Assembly (NCBI GenBank): GCA_012735435.1
Contig: JAAYHH010000011.1
Coordinates: 14,141-78,140 of the forward strand
From: Bacillota bacterium
Lineage (GTDB): Bacteria > Bacillota > Limnochordia > DTU087
Length of the DNA stretch: 64,000 nt
Direction of reading: 5' to 3'
The notes beneath the pieces were generated by a model. It had not been told where the DNA came from and searched no databases. It saw only the letters and a list, made by a program, of their open reading frames with translations. The position numbers and the translations under genes are program-made. This document shows, in pieces, positions 20,488-29,720 of this stretch (its first letter is position 1; each line of letters opens with the position of its first letter).

Positions 20488-21813
20488 CTAGACCAGCTCA
20501 CCCACTAGACTCCAGGTTTGGGCTTCAGTGATCTTCACTCTAACCAGCTCCCCGGTTAAATCTTGACTGCCGGTAAACAGCACGGTTTTAGCTGTCCTGG
20601 TCTTGCCTGTCAGCATCTGGGCATCGCCCTTGCTTGTACCTTCCACCAGGACTTCCACTTCACTTCCCACCAGTGCTTGATTCCGCTCCAGGCTGATCTT
20701 GTTCTGGAGGTCTATCAGCTGGTAAATTCTCTCTTTCTTAACTTCCTCCGGCACCTGATCCGGCATATCTGTCGCCGGTGTACCCTTCCGGGGAGAATAG
20801 ATGAAGGTGAAGGCCGAATCAAATCCTACTTTCTCCACCAAGGAGAGGGTGTCGGCGAAATCGGCATCGGATTCACCGGGAAAACCAACCATGATGTCGG
20901 TAGTCAAGCTGATTCCCGGCACCTCTTGCCGTACCTTCTCTACTATTTCCAGATAATATTCCCGGGTATACCTCCTATTCATGCGCCGCAGCACATTGTT
21001 GCTTCCCGCCTGAACAGGAAGGTGAAGATGCTCGCATACCTTCTCCAAGCGGCCGAGCTGCTGGATCAGTTTGCCACTGATATCCTTGGGATGGGATGTG
21101 GTAAAGCGGATCCGTTGGATGCCTGGGACCCCATTAACCAGCTCCAAAAGATCGGCAAAATCGGTGTCGGACTGCAGATCCTTTCCATAGGAGTTCACAT
21201 TCTGACCCAACAGAGTTACCTCTTTAACGCCCCTAGCGGCCAGGCTCCGGATCTCATCCAAGATGGCCTCGGGGGTACGGCTGCGCTCCCTGCCACGGAC
21301 ATAGGGCACAATGCAGTAAGAGCAGAAGTTGTTGCATCCATGCATGATGGTGACAAAGGCCTTGAAATCGTTGTCCCGGAGCGCCGGTAGACCCTCAATT
21401 GGCTCGCCGGCGTCATCGAGAATCTCAACTACCCGTTCACCAGTTGTACATATCCTATGCAAGAGCTCCGGCAGCCGATGAATATTGTGGGTGCCAAAAA
21501 ACAGGTCCACATGGGGAAGACGCTCCAGCATCACCGGCAGTTCCTCTTTCTGCTGGGGCATGCAGCCGCAAATTCCGATGATCAGCCCAGGATTCTTATC
21601 CTTGAGCTCCTGCAGCTGGCCGACCTGTCCGTAGACCTTTCTCTCTGGGTTCTCCCTGACGCAGCAGGTATTGTATAAAATGAGATCGGCATCCTCCGGG
21701 CTGTCTGTAAAGCTGTAACCCTCTTGCTGAAGCAGCCCCCGGATGGTCTCAGTGTCCCGTTCGTTCATCTGGCAGCCAAAGGTACGAATATAGGCTAGGC
21801 GTTTTTCTACCAT
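20488..21813 (-). CDS. miaB: tRNA-2-methylthio-N6-dimethylallyladenosine synthase MiaB (radical SAM)
   Basis: N-terminal MTTase cluster YIRTFGCQMNERD, radical-SAM CxxxCxxC (HGCNNFCSYCIVP), C-terminal TRAM domain. Confidence 0.95.
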   Translation of the reverse strand: MVEKRLAYIRTFGCQMNERDTETIRGLLQQEGYSFTDSPEDADLILYNTCCVRENPERKVYGQVGQLQELKDKNPGLIIGICGCMPQQKEELPVMLERLPHVDLFFGTHNIHRLPELLHRICTTGERVVEILDDAGEPIEGLPALRDNDFKAFVTIMHGCNNFCSYCIVPYVRGRERSRTPEAILDEIRSLAARGVKEVTLLGQNVNSYGKDLQSDTDFADLLELVNGVPGIQRIRFTTSHPKDISGKLIQQLGRLEKVCEHLHLPVQAGSNNVLRRMNRRYTREYYLEIVEKVRQEVPGISLTTDIMVGFPGESDADFADTLSLVEKVGFDSAFTFIYSPRKGTPATDMPDQVPEEVKKERIYQLIDLQNKISLERNQALVGSEVEVLVEGTSKGDAQMLTGKTRTAKTVLFTGSQDLTGELVRVKITEAQTWSLVGELV

Positions 21814-21968
21814 AGGCAATCGCCGCAGGAAAGCAGCACACTCTCCTTTCCAAACAACATCATAAGACACCAAGGCAGCAGGCTAGACGAGAGGTCTTCA
21901 CCCTCAAGTCTCCAGCTGCCCTTAGCTTGTCCACTTGTCTACACAGGTATCTGAATTGCCGTTACTCC

Positions 21969-22709
21969 CTAATGATATTGATGCTTTACTTCATCTAACG
22001 CATCGTCATGGTAGGAAGTCTCAGGATCGGCATCTAAGTGATCCACCCTTTGACCCGTCACCATGAACATAACCCGTTCAGCGATGTTGGTTGCATGGTC
22101 GGCAATTCGCTCCAAGTATCTAGCCACAAGCAGCAAATTAATGGCCTGACGGGAAACCTGGTCGCTCCTTCCCTCGAGAACAATACCGATTAATTCATCA
22201 AAAAGCTGCGAGTACATTTCATCAATTGGATCGTCTGCCTGTCTTACAGCTTCCGCCAACTCGAGGTCCCGGTCTACAAAACAAGTCAGGCTGTCTCTAA
22301 CCATGGCCTTGGTCTTTTCAGCCATGATGGGAATATCGATGAGAGGCTTGATCAGAGGCTCCTCCCCAATTCGCAAAGTCAGTTCAGCAATGTTGCAGGC
22401 GTTGTCTCCAATTCTTTCCACATCGGTGGTGATCTGAAAGATTGCCACTACAGTTCGCAAGTCTGAGGCCAAAGGCTGCTGCAAAGCGATTAGGCGCATG
22501 CAGCGCTCCTCTATATCGATCTGCATTTCGTCTACAATGTCGTCCTTCTCCAGCACAGACTGAGCCCCGGCCAAATTCTGAGTACTTAGATAGTGAACAG
22601 CCTCGTGGATCTGCTTTTCTACCAAACTGCCCATCTTGAGCATTTCCGCTTGGATACTTTGTAATTCCCTATGGAAACCTTCCCTTGTCACGTCGAAAGC
22701 CCCCTCCAT
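21969..22709 (-). CDS. phoU: phosphate signalling complex protein PhoU
   Basis: two PhoU repeats (E.R.D, ERIGD.A.NIAE, ERIADHATNIAE). Confidence 0.9.
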   Translation of the reverse strand: MEGAFDVTREGFHRELQSIQAEMLKMGSLVEKQIHEAVHYLSTQNLAGAQSVLEKDDIVDEMQIDIEERCMRLIALQQPLASDLRTVVAIFQITTDVERIGDNACNIAELTLRIGEEPLIKPLIDIPIMAEKTKAMVRDSLTCFVDRDLELAEAVRQADDPIDEMYSQLFDELIGIVLEGRSDQVSRQAINLLLVARYLERIADHATNIAERVMFMVTGQRVDHLDADPETSYHDDALDEVKHQYH

Positions 22710-22723
22710 TTGCTGGAGTCAGT

Positions 22724-23491
22724 CTAACTGAATCTACCAGTGATATAGTCTTCGGTGCGTTTATCCTTGGGCCGTGCAAAAACATCTGAAGTAGGGCCGA
22801 ATTCAACTAAAAACCCTTCCGACAGAAAGGCTATGTAATCGGAAACTCTACCAGCCTGCTGCATGCTGTTGGTAGCCAAAACCAAAGTGTACTCCTGCTT
22901 TAGTTCCAGGATCAGGTCCTCAATTTTCGCTGCCGACACAGGATCGAGGTTATAAGCAGGGTCGTCGATTAGCAGGACCTCAGGCTGTACAGCGAGGGCA
23001 CGGGCAATGCACAGCCTGGCCTTTTGACCCGGGGATAGGTTGAGGGCAAATTCCTGCAGCCTGCCTTTCACCTCATTCCACAGGCCCGCCTGTTTTAGGC
23101 TCCGCTTAACTATTTCATCCAGCTCCCGTCTATCCCTAACCCCGTGGAGCCGGGGGCCATATGCTACGTTTTCGAAGATGCTCTTAGGAAACGGAGAAGG
23201 ATGGCGGGCAATTAACCCTACCCGGCGCCTTACCTCTGTCACATCAGCATCGGGTCCGTAGATGTCATGGCCATCTAGCAGCACTTGTCCTTCTGTTCTA
23301 ACATTATCCCAAAGCTCATTCATGCGGCAAAGGGATCGCAGCAAACTGGACTTGCCTGCCCCGCTGCCGCCAATGACAGCGGTGGCCGCCCCGGAGGGAA
23401 TGTTCAAACTGATGGAGGACAGGGCCTGGAAGTCGCCATAATATACACTCAGATTCCGCACTACCAGCTTAGGGTGTCGCACTAGTACCAT
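22724..23491 (-). CDS. pstB: phosphate ABC transporter ATP-binding protein PstB
   Basis: Walker A GGSGAGKSS, signature LSPGQKARLCIARA, Walker B LLIDDP; PstB-type C-terminal TGRFS. Confidence 0.9.
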   Translation of the reverse strand: MVLVRHPKLVVRNLSVYYGDFQALSSISLNIPSGAATAVIGGSGAGKSSLLRSLCRMNELWDNVRTEGQVLLDGHDIYGPDADVTEVRRRVGLIARHPSPFPKSIFENVAYGPRLHGVRDRRELDEIVKRSLKQAGLWNEVKGRLQEFALNLSPGQKARLCIARALAVQPEVLLIDDPAYNLDPVSAAKIEDLILELKQEYTLVLATNSMQQAGRVSDYIAFLSEGFLVEFGPTSDVFARPKDKRTEDYITGRFS

Positions 23492-24351
23492 CTACCTCTT
23501 TCTCGTTCATGAACACTGCCAGCCAAAGAATCTCCAGTCCTTTTCAACCTAAGGGCTGCCCCCTGAAGACAGACGGATGTCAGTACCAGCAGCAGAGCAG
23601 TCCCAAAATGGTGTGGACTGGCCACTTCACCAGATTCAACTACCGACCGATACAAGTGGTACGGCAATGTGGATAGGGATTGGCCGTGAAAGCTCGGCCA
23701 AGCAGCTGCGATCATGATCACAGGCGCTGTTTCGCCGCCTACCCGGGCCATTCCCCCCAAAGCTTCCGCGGCTAAGAAGCGTCCGGCACAGGGCATCAGT
23801 GCCCCCCAGGTGGTCTGCCAACGAGAGCCGCCGAGGGCCAGACTGTCTCTGCGAAAAGAAACCGGTACCTCCTTTAGGGCCGAGTATGTCACAGAGACCA
23901 ACTGCGGCAGCAGCCATACCGCCGATGTCAATAGAAAGATCAGTGTCTGTTTCCCTTCTCCGAAGTATGGTGCAAGGGCACCCCAGCCAAATAAACCGTA
24001 TACTATGGGGGGCATCTCTGCAAGGCCTCCGACAGCGGCGAGCATCCACTGCTTCAGACGATTTTCCCTCGCGTATTCGCTCAAGTACACTCCAGCCCCT
24101 ATTGCGAGGGGCAATGCTAAGAGGGCTCCTCCAAACAACAGGGATAAAGTGCGGAACCAGAGGGGCAGCAGTATATTATCGGTCTCAGCAAAAGCACCGT
24201 CTCTGAAAAACCTGACTAGCGGACCGAACCCCCTGAAGACTAGGTATCCTACATAAAAGATCAAAATCCCTGCTGCTAACCAAGAGATCAGTATAATTGA
24301 TGAGTAAATGATTCCACCAGTATATGTCTGGGGGCTGTGCCTGTCTCTCAT
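23482..24351 (-). CDS. pstA: phosphate ABC transporter permease PstA
   Basis: 289-aa polytopic permease directly upstream of pstB, 10-nt overlap. Confidence 0.8.
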   Translation of the reverse strand: MRDRHSPQTYTGGIIYSSIILISWLAAGILIFYVGYLVFRGFGPLVRFFRDGAFAETDNILLPLWFRTLSLLFGGALLALPLAIGAGVYLSEYARENRLKQWMLAAVGGLAEMPPIVYGLFGWGALAPYFGEGKQTLIFLLTSAVWLLPQLVSVTYSALKEVPVSFRRDSLALGGSRWQTTWGALMPCAGRFLAAEALGGMARVGGETAPVIMIAAAWPSFHGQSLSTLPYHLYRSVVESGEVASPHHFGTALLLVLTSVCLQGAALRLKRTGDSLAGSVHERERGRWY

Positions 24352-25235
24352 TCTTGTACCCTCCAGTGACTCTGCATGAAGCGGCGGCCTAGGCTGGAAA
24401 TAGCCAGGGATAAGATCATAATCAACATGGCCATGGGAAAGAGTTCGGAATGGTGCCAGCCCAGCTCTGCTCCCATTACAATCGCCGTCGGCACGGTAAA
24501 CAGCCTGTGGTCCTGACTTGCCGTTAAGCTGCTTCTGGCAGCTGCTTGCCAGAGCATCAGGACGATAGCAGTATCCCCCATGGTTCTGCCCAAACCGAAA
24601 AATCCCGCAGCAGCAATACTGGATCTAGCCGCGGGATAGACAGTATAAACTATAGTCTGCCAACGGCTTGCACCTAGTGCGTAGGATGAAGCCCTTAGAG
24701 ATGGCGAAATTCGCCTGAAATGCTCGATCAAGAAGGATGCAAGAGAGGGATAAACCATCAGTGCCAGAAGAAGGGAAGCAGCTGGATATAGCCTTAGTGG
24801 GGATGTTCCTTGAGAAGACTCATAGTAACCGAGCCAAACCAGCCCGATAAATCCAATAACCACCGAAGGAACTGCGGATAACACTTTTATGGTAGTCCAG
24901 AACATCTTCGCCGGTTTGGAAGGTGCCAATTCGGTTATATATAAAGCAGAAAGAAGGCCGACGGGTAAGGCGACTACCACCGCTCCTGCGGCAATTACTA
25001 GAGAATTAACTACTGCCGTCAAAATCAAATCCAAATCCAGGTCCACCAAGAGTACGGAGCGAACGGCTCCTATGACTACAAAAATCACCACAGCAGCCAA
25101 CACCACGAGGGTTGCTGCGGTTGCTAGCTTAAGAATCGTCTCTGGGCCAAAACGAAATGTCTGACCAGTACTTGCCAGTTTCTCCTTGGTGCTTTCAATA
25201 CCCATGCTGACTCTATTCATACTGTCAGGGCACAA
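24348..25235 (-). CDS. pstC: phosphate ABC transporter permease PstC
   Basis: 295-aa polytopic permease, 4-nt overlap with pstA; the true start may be downstream of the ORF-track Met. Confidence 0.8.
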   Translation of the reverse strand: MCPDSMNRVSMGIESTKEKLASTGQTFRFGPETILKLATAATLVVLAAVVIFVVIGAVRSVLLVDLDLDLILTAVVNSLVIAAGAVVVALPVGLLSALYITELAPSKPAKMFWTTIKVLSAVPSVVIGFIGLVWLGYYESSQGTSPLRLYPAASLLLALMVYPSLASFLIEHFRRISPSLRASSYALGASRWQTIVYTVYPAARSSIAAAGFFGLGRTMGDTAIVLMLWQAAARSSLTASQDHRLFTVPTAIVMGAELGWHHSELFPMAMLIMILSLAISSLGRRFMQSHWRVQE

Positions 25236-25404
25236 ACCCAGGGGAGGTTACTGGGTCACGCCATGCCTCCTCTCGGGCCTACAGCAGCCGGGTTGGTAAG
25301 TAATCCAGCTGATATTAGCGGTCTATTGGAACCTGGCATTAGCTGCATAACTCTCAACAGTTAAAGGTGGCCCCCTACCTCACCAAAGGCCACTTACCTA
25401 CACT

Positions 25405-25441
25405 ATTTAATTTTACCATGTTGGTGTTACCTGATTGTTAC
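25405..25441 (-). promoter_or_regulatory. candidate PhoP-type Pho box (direct repeats GTAACA-N5-GTAACA) plus TAAAAT -10 element upstream of pstC
   Basis: minus-strand sequence TGTAACAATCAGGTAACACC-N8-TAAAAT, resembling TT(A/T/C)ACA direct repeats at 11-bp periodicity. Confidence 0.3.
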
Positions 25442-25588
25442 AAGCGTGCTAACTTCTCGTAACGGGGCAGTCGCCACTTCCATTCCATTTGGTTCAGGTT
25501 CCGTAAAATACATTCGCTTCTACCCCATCAAGGACCTGCCAAGATTTCCCCGAAGCAGGACTGGAAAATGGTTAACGGGCAGGCAATA

Positions 25589-25617
25589 TTGACAATTGTG
25601 GCCAGTCATGGTATATT
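25589..25617 (+). promoter_or_regulatory. near-consensus sigma-A promoter (TTGACA-17 bp-TATATT)
   Basis: TTGACA at 25589-25594, 17-nt spacer, TATATT at 25612-25617; would drive the small plus-strand ORF. Confidence 0.55.
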
Positions 25618-25716
25618 AAAGATGAAAATAACGTGTATACAGGATACATGATGTGTAAGCGTTTGTAGGCGTTCGGATAGATGTCGGCGGGTAGATACTT
25701 TGAAAGGAGTGATCCC

Positions 25717-25887
25717 TTGATAATCTCTGTCGGCAACCGGGAGATTACTATCAAGGTCCGCGAACAGTCAAGACCGGAAATCGCGGAGAGAGTGTACCGT
25801 CAGCTCCTTAGGGAGAGAGAAGTTCAGAAGGATCGGGATGCTGCCTACGCCCGTCTGTTGTTTGGTCAGGGGATTCACTTAAACTAG
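25717..25887 (+). CDS. small hypothetical protein (~56 aa), possible swapped-hairpin/AbrB-MazE-like fold
   Basis: RBS AAAGGAG 6 nt upstream of TTG at 25717 (alternative ATG at 25681 has a poor RBS); flanked by the strong promoter and a downstream terminator; ISVGNREITIKV is weakly MazE/AbrB-like. Confidence 0.4.
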   Translation: MIISVGNREITIKVREQSRPEIAERVYRQLLREREVQKDRDAAYARLLFGQGIHLN

Positions 25888-25910
25888 ACCACTGCAAGCG
25901 TAACAGTATG

Positions 25911-25972
25911 AAAAAGCAAACTGCGATGCTATACCACTCAAGGTACAAGGCATCGCAGTTTGTTTATTCTTT
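25911..25972. terminator. bidirectional rho-independent terminator
   Basis: 12-bp stem GCAAACTGCGATGC/GCATCGCAGTTTG with T-runs on both sides; ends the small plus-strand gene and the minus-strand SLH gene. Confidence 0.6.
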
Positions 25973-26017
25973 ATGCAGCAAAAAGATTTCCAAGCTAGGT
26001 ATATGCACTCAGGCTAT

Positions 26018-27574
26018 TTAGTTTACAAACCCGATAATCAACGCCAGTACCGCTGCAATGGTTGCGATATTGGCGGCACTCTTAAGACTCTGATTCTGCT
26101 TCTCAGCATGGGTTCGGTAGCTGTCAAACTCATCCCGCAGCTCCTGCAGCTGCCGCTCCAGCCGCTGTTCCCGCATTAGGGCTGCATTGATCTGGGCAGA
26201 TGATTGTGTAATCACCCGCTCATCAACGGCTGCCAGGGCAGACTCTGTGGCGCTTACCCGCTCCTGCAGTATAGAAACAGCTGCCTGCAGCTCTTCAACG
26301 TAATCCTGCAGATCTGCAAGATCCTTGCTGTCAGCTGCTGCACCCTGCTGCAAGATATTGGTCCTCTTGTCTAAGGCAGCGATCTTCTGAGAAATATTTA
26401 CAAGGTCTGTCTGGACTGCCTCCAAACTCCTAACCAGGTCTTGACGCAGACCGCTGACATCCTTCATCAATTGCCCATCCGCGGCAGCCATAGCTTCTCC
26501 CTGTTTCAAGACTTGATCCTGGAGCGCCTGCACATCTTCGGCAAGTGCAGCCGTCTCCTCAGAGCGGGCAAGTCTTTCCTCCGCTACAGCCTGCTGCAGC
26601 TGTCCAATTTCAGCGGTTAGCTGATCATCCCTCTGGGCGGATTCTTCTTGCCAGCTGCTCAGCTCTTGCTCCATTTGGACAAGCTGCTGGACAACCTCAG
26701 ACAGGCCCTTTTCCACCCGACTGATCTCTTCTGCCAGTTCAGCATCGGCCTCTTGCATGGCGTTCTGCAGTAAGCTTAAAGCCGCATCCCGTTCCGCAAA
26801 GCTGCTCTGGACCTTTACACCCAAAGCCTCCTCCAGCGCTACTAGTGAGTCAGTGTGGAGTGCCAGCATCCGGGTGTGCTCATCTAACCTTGCTTCATTG
26901 GCTTCAACAGCGGCCTCGGTATCGGCCAGGGCTGCTGCCTGTTTGACAAGCTCATCCTCAAGGGCTTGAAGCTTACGGCCCTGGTCAGCAGCCTGCTGCC
27001 TAAGGTCTGCATCAGCAGCTTCGAGGCGCCGGGTGGTATCGGCAACCTGCTGCTGGAGGGCGGCAATTTCCGCCAATATGGCTGCTGCCTGCTCCTGTAT
27101 AGAGGTGCGGATAGCTGCATCTTCCTGCTCCATTGTGTCGATGACCTTAGTCACAGTCTCATCCATTACCTGAACACGACGCTGGGTTTCGGTAACGGAA
27201 GCTGACAGCTCTTCCCTTTGATTATACCACCGTACAAGTTCATCCCTAAACTCGGTAGAAAGTGTCCGGAGCAGTTCCAAATCCTCCTGAGTTACACCCA
27301 GCTGCCCTTTTTCGATGTCCACTAGGAGCCGGCCAACTACTGAAGCCAGCGTATACCTATCGACAGGTCTCTGACCTTGAAAAGTTCCATCGGTATAGAG
27401 AGCAAGATAACCTTCCTGGACTAACTTTTGAACACCCTCATAGGCCCAATGGTCTGCAGGCACATCGCTGATCTGCTGTGCAGTCTGCTGGGCAAAAACA
27501 AGATTCCCCTGACCTACCAACAGCAGCAAAAACAGTAGTACAACTCCTATTCTTCGAATTGTCCTCGACTCCAT
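26018..27574 (-). CDS. SLH-domain protein with long coiled-coil and C-terminal membrane anchor
   Basis: signal peptide; SLH motif DVPADHWAYEGVQKLVQEGYLALYTDGTFQGQRPVDRYTLASVVGRLL; ~380 aa of Q/A/E/L-rich heptad-like sequence; C-terminal hydrophobic helix NIATIAAVLALIIGFVN. Confidence 0.7.
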   Translation of the reverse strand: MESRTIRRIGVVLLFLLLLVGQGNLVFAQQTAQQISDVPADHWAYEGVQKLVQEGYLALYTDGTFQGQRPVDRYTLASVVGRLLVDIEKGQLGVTQEDLELLRTLSTEFRDELVRWYNQREELSASVTETQRRVQVMDETVTKVIDTMEQEDAAIRTSIQEQAAAILAEIAALQQQVADTTRRLEAADADLRQQAADQGRKLQALEDELVKQAAALADTEAAVEANEARLDEHTRMLALHTDSLVALEEALGVKVQSSFAERDAALSLLQNAMQEADAELAEEISRVEKGLSEVVQQLVQMEQELSSWQEESAQRDDQLTAEIGQLQQAVAEERLARSEETAALAEDVQALQDQVLKQGEAMAAADGQLMKDVSGLRQDLVRSLEAVQTDLVNISQKIAALDKRTNILQQGAAADSKDLADLQDYVEELQAAVSILQERVSATESALAAVDERVITQSSAQINAALMREQRLERQLQELRDEFDSYRTHAEKQNQSLKSAANIATIAAVLALIIGFVN

Positions 27575-27630
27575 TTCCTCCCGCCCCCTGTCAATCTTCT
27601 TTGCTCCTCAGTGTTTTCCCAGCACCTTTG

Positions 27631-29664
27631 TTACCTGGCAACAGTAACCGGCAGTTCCATGGGTCCCAATTCGATCACCTGTCCACTGGTGGTGGTCAGC
27701 TTGGTACCCAGCAGCTGGATGACACCGGTGCCTTCAGCGCCTGCCACAAACCGGATTGAACACAGGTTACCTGTCAATCGACTGGGTCCCAGCTGTGAAA
27801 GCCCCCGGAGTTTCACCTGGATAATGCCCTGTGACGGCTGCAGCTCCACCTCCATCGGAGCGGCATCTCCCACGGCAGCCGATAGAGGTGCCAGGACCTC
27901 GCCCCGCTCTACTCCAAGGCGGCCGCCGGCTACCCGCATCAGGTCCACTGGAAACTTAAGCAAGAACTCTGCCTCTTCGATGTTCTTCAGATTATAGCCC
28001 CTTATGGCCGTCTTCATAGGCCCTCCCACAACAGCGGGGCCTGTCCCCTCTGCGATGAGTCTGATCATTTGGGGAAGCTGCGGTATGCTGATAAATTCAT
28101 TTACAATCAGCGGTTCGGTGGCACCGGACTCCACCCTCACCGAATAGGGCAGGCTGTCACTGGCCACATCGGTTGGGGTTAAGAACCACTGAACCACAAT
28201 GGACTCCTGTGGACCGAGATCTCCGCAGAGTTTAGTCCGCCCCTCACCAGGGGCCAGCTGAAGCCCCAAGGGTGCCTGCCATTGGGCATGAACCCACGGT
28301 GCATTCATTTCACCGACATTGGTGATGGTGGCCCTAACGGCAAAGGGTACCGGCTGCAGACTTCCATCTTCAACTAAGAGACGGGGCGGTGCGGAGATTT
28401 TCACCTGCAGTTCGGCAGGTTTGGCGATCCTAACTTGCCGCCGCACCCGGTTGGGCTCACTGTTGGCAGCTTCAACCTTTACTTCGTAGCTGATTTCACC
28501 TCTAATATGGTCAGCCACTTCCACTTGCCAGGCCAGCTGTACTGACTCTCCCACTTCCAAATTACCCAGGCTGCCGCCGGCCTCCTGTCCAGGAACCAGG
28601 GACAAGCCGCTGGGCAGTTCAATGGCTATCCTAACATCCCTAGCCTCACCTTCGCCGCTGTTCTCCAGATAGGCGACAATCGGGAACCTTGTCGGTCCGT
28701 CGGGGGCGTGGGAGACTACAGCAGGTGATGTGACTCCCAAGGAAAGCTTTCCGGGAGCAATGGTTATACCGCCAAGCCCGTAGTAAGTTACCCAAGTAAC
28801 GCTCTCGCCGGGACCGAGGGTGACCGGATCCCAAAACATAGCAATCGCCGAATCCAGCTCAAATTCACCCTTCCGGAGGAAAATGCGGCCAGGGTCAAAA
28901 TCAAAATCCCAGATGCTCTCTGCCAAAGCTCCCCAGTTGCTGAAGTACACCCGATCAGGCGGGGTTACCCCTGAACCCCGCAGGGTTCCCTGGGACATAA
29001 CCTGGGGATCGGCCAGGGAGTCGAATGCCTGCCAAAACTCCGGTATAGCTCCTCCGGTAAACAATGTATCGGTAGTAACAGCCTGCTGCTCTACCCTAAA
29101 GGGGGCACCGTCATTGGCGCCCAACATAGTATCCAGCATAAGCCGCATGGCTACGCTGTGGGAAACAGAATCCTCATTGGTCAAAGTATAGGCAATCCGG
29201 GCTGTATCTTGCAGACCAGTGGTGCTGCTTCGGGTAAAGCTGAGGATCTGCTCCGCTTTCACCGGCCCTAGTTTATATACAGTGCTGATGGCATTTCCCT
29301 GGATAACTTCGGGTCCTGAGATCAGCTCCCCGAATGGTCCTTGTCTTCCAGCGGAGGTCTGTGTCGGACCGCCAAATACATAGTTGCGACCGTCTATTTG
29401 GATCGTGGTGTAAGAAGTCCAAGGATCGGCCATGCCGTAAACTAAGGGTTTGTTTTCATCACCGATCCGGTCAGGATCTCCGCCGGTGGTGTTGATGGAG
29501 AACCGGCCGGTGTTTTCTTCGCCTCCGTTGACAATGATGGAAATGTATTCATTGGCGACAATGATATTGCTGCCGACGTTACCTTCGACCATAGCCCGGG
29601 CCTTCTCTACTTCACAGCTAATCAACATGACCGCAGCCAGGGCAATTGCCAACCAGCGCCGCAT
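27631..29664 (-). CDS. large secreted protein with beta-sandwich (CARDB/DUF11-like) repeats and cohesin-like C-terminal domain
   Basis: 677 aa; signal peptide MRRWLAIALAAVMLISC; repeated G.S..L.W.VEV-type beta-sandwich segments; no catalytic motif recognised. Confidence 0.5.
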   Translation of the reverse strand: MRRWLAIALAAVMLISCEVEKARAMVEGNVGSNIIVANEYISIIVNGGEENTGRFSINTTGGDPDRIGDENKPLVYGMADPWTSYTTIQIDGRNYVFGGPTQTSAGRQGPFGELISGPEVIQGNAISTVYKLGPVKAEQILSFTRSSTTGLQDTARIAYTLTNEDSVSHSVAMRLMLDTMLGANDGAPFRVEQQAVTTDTLFTGGAIPEFWQAFDSLADPQVMSQGTLRGSGVTPPDRVYFSNWGALAESIWDFDFDPGRIFLRKGEFELDSAIAMFWDPVTLGPGESVTWVTYYGLGGITIAPGKLSLGVTSPAVVSHAPDGPTRFPIVAYLENSGEGEARDVRIAIELPSGLSLVPGQEAGGSLGNLEVGESVQLAWQVEVADHIRGEISYEVKVEAANSEPNRVRRQVRIAKPAELQVKISAPPRLLVEDGSLQPVPFAVRATITNVGEMNAPWVHAQWQAPLGLQLAPGEGRTKLCGDLGPQESIVVQWFLTPTDVASDSLPYSVRVESGATEPLIVNEFISIPQLPQMIRLIAEGTGPAVVGGPMKTAIRGYNLKNIEEAEFLLKFPVDLMRVAGGRLGVERGEVLAPLSAAVGDAAPMEVELQPSQGIIQVKLRGLSQLGPSRLTGNLCSIRFVAGAEGTGVIQLLGTKLTTTSGQVIELGPMELPVTVAR

Positions 29665-29720
29665 TAATCACCAGCCCCCTAACTGTAGTATCGTTTCATT
29701 GGCGATCTATCGAGGAGCCA

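Noticed and set aside
20563-21390. 275-aa plus-strand ORF opposite miaB
   Set aside because: Antisense to the radical-SAM MiaB gene; no motifs.
25572-25754. 60-aa minus-strand ORF overlapping the consensus promoter and start of the small plus-strand gene
   Set aside because: It overlaps a much better-supported promoter, RBS and ORF on the other strand and has no RBS of its own.
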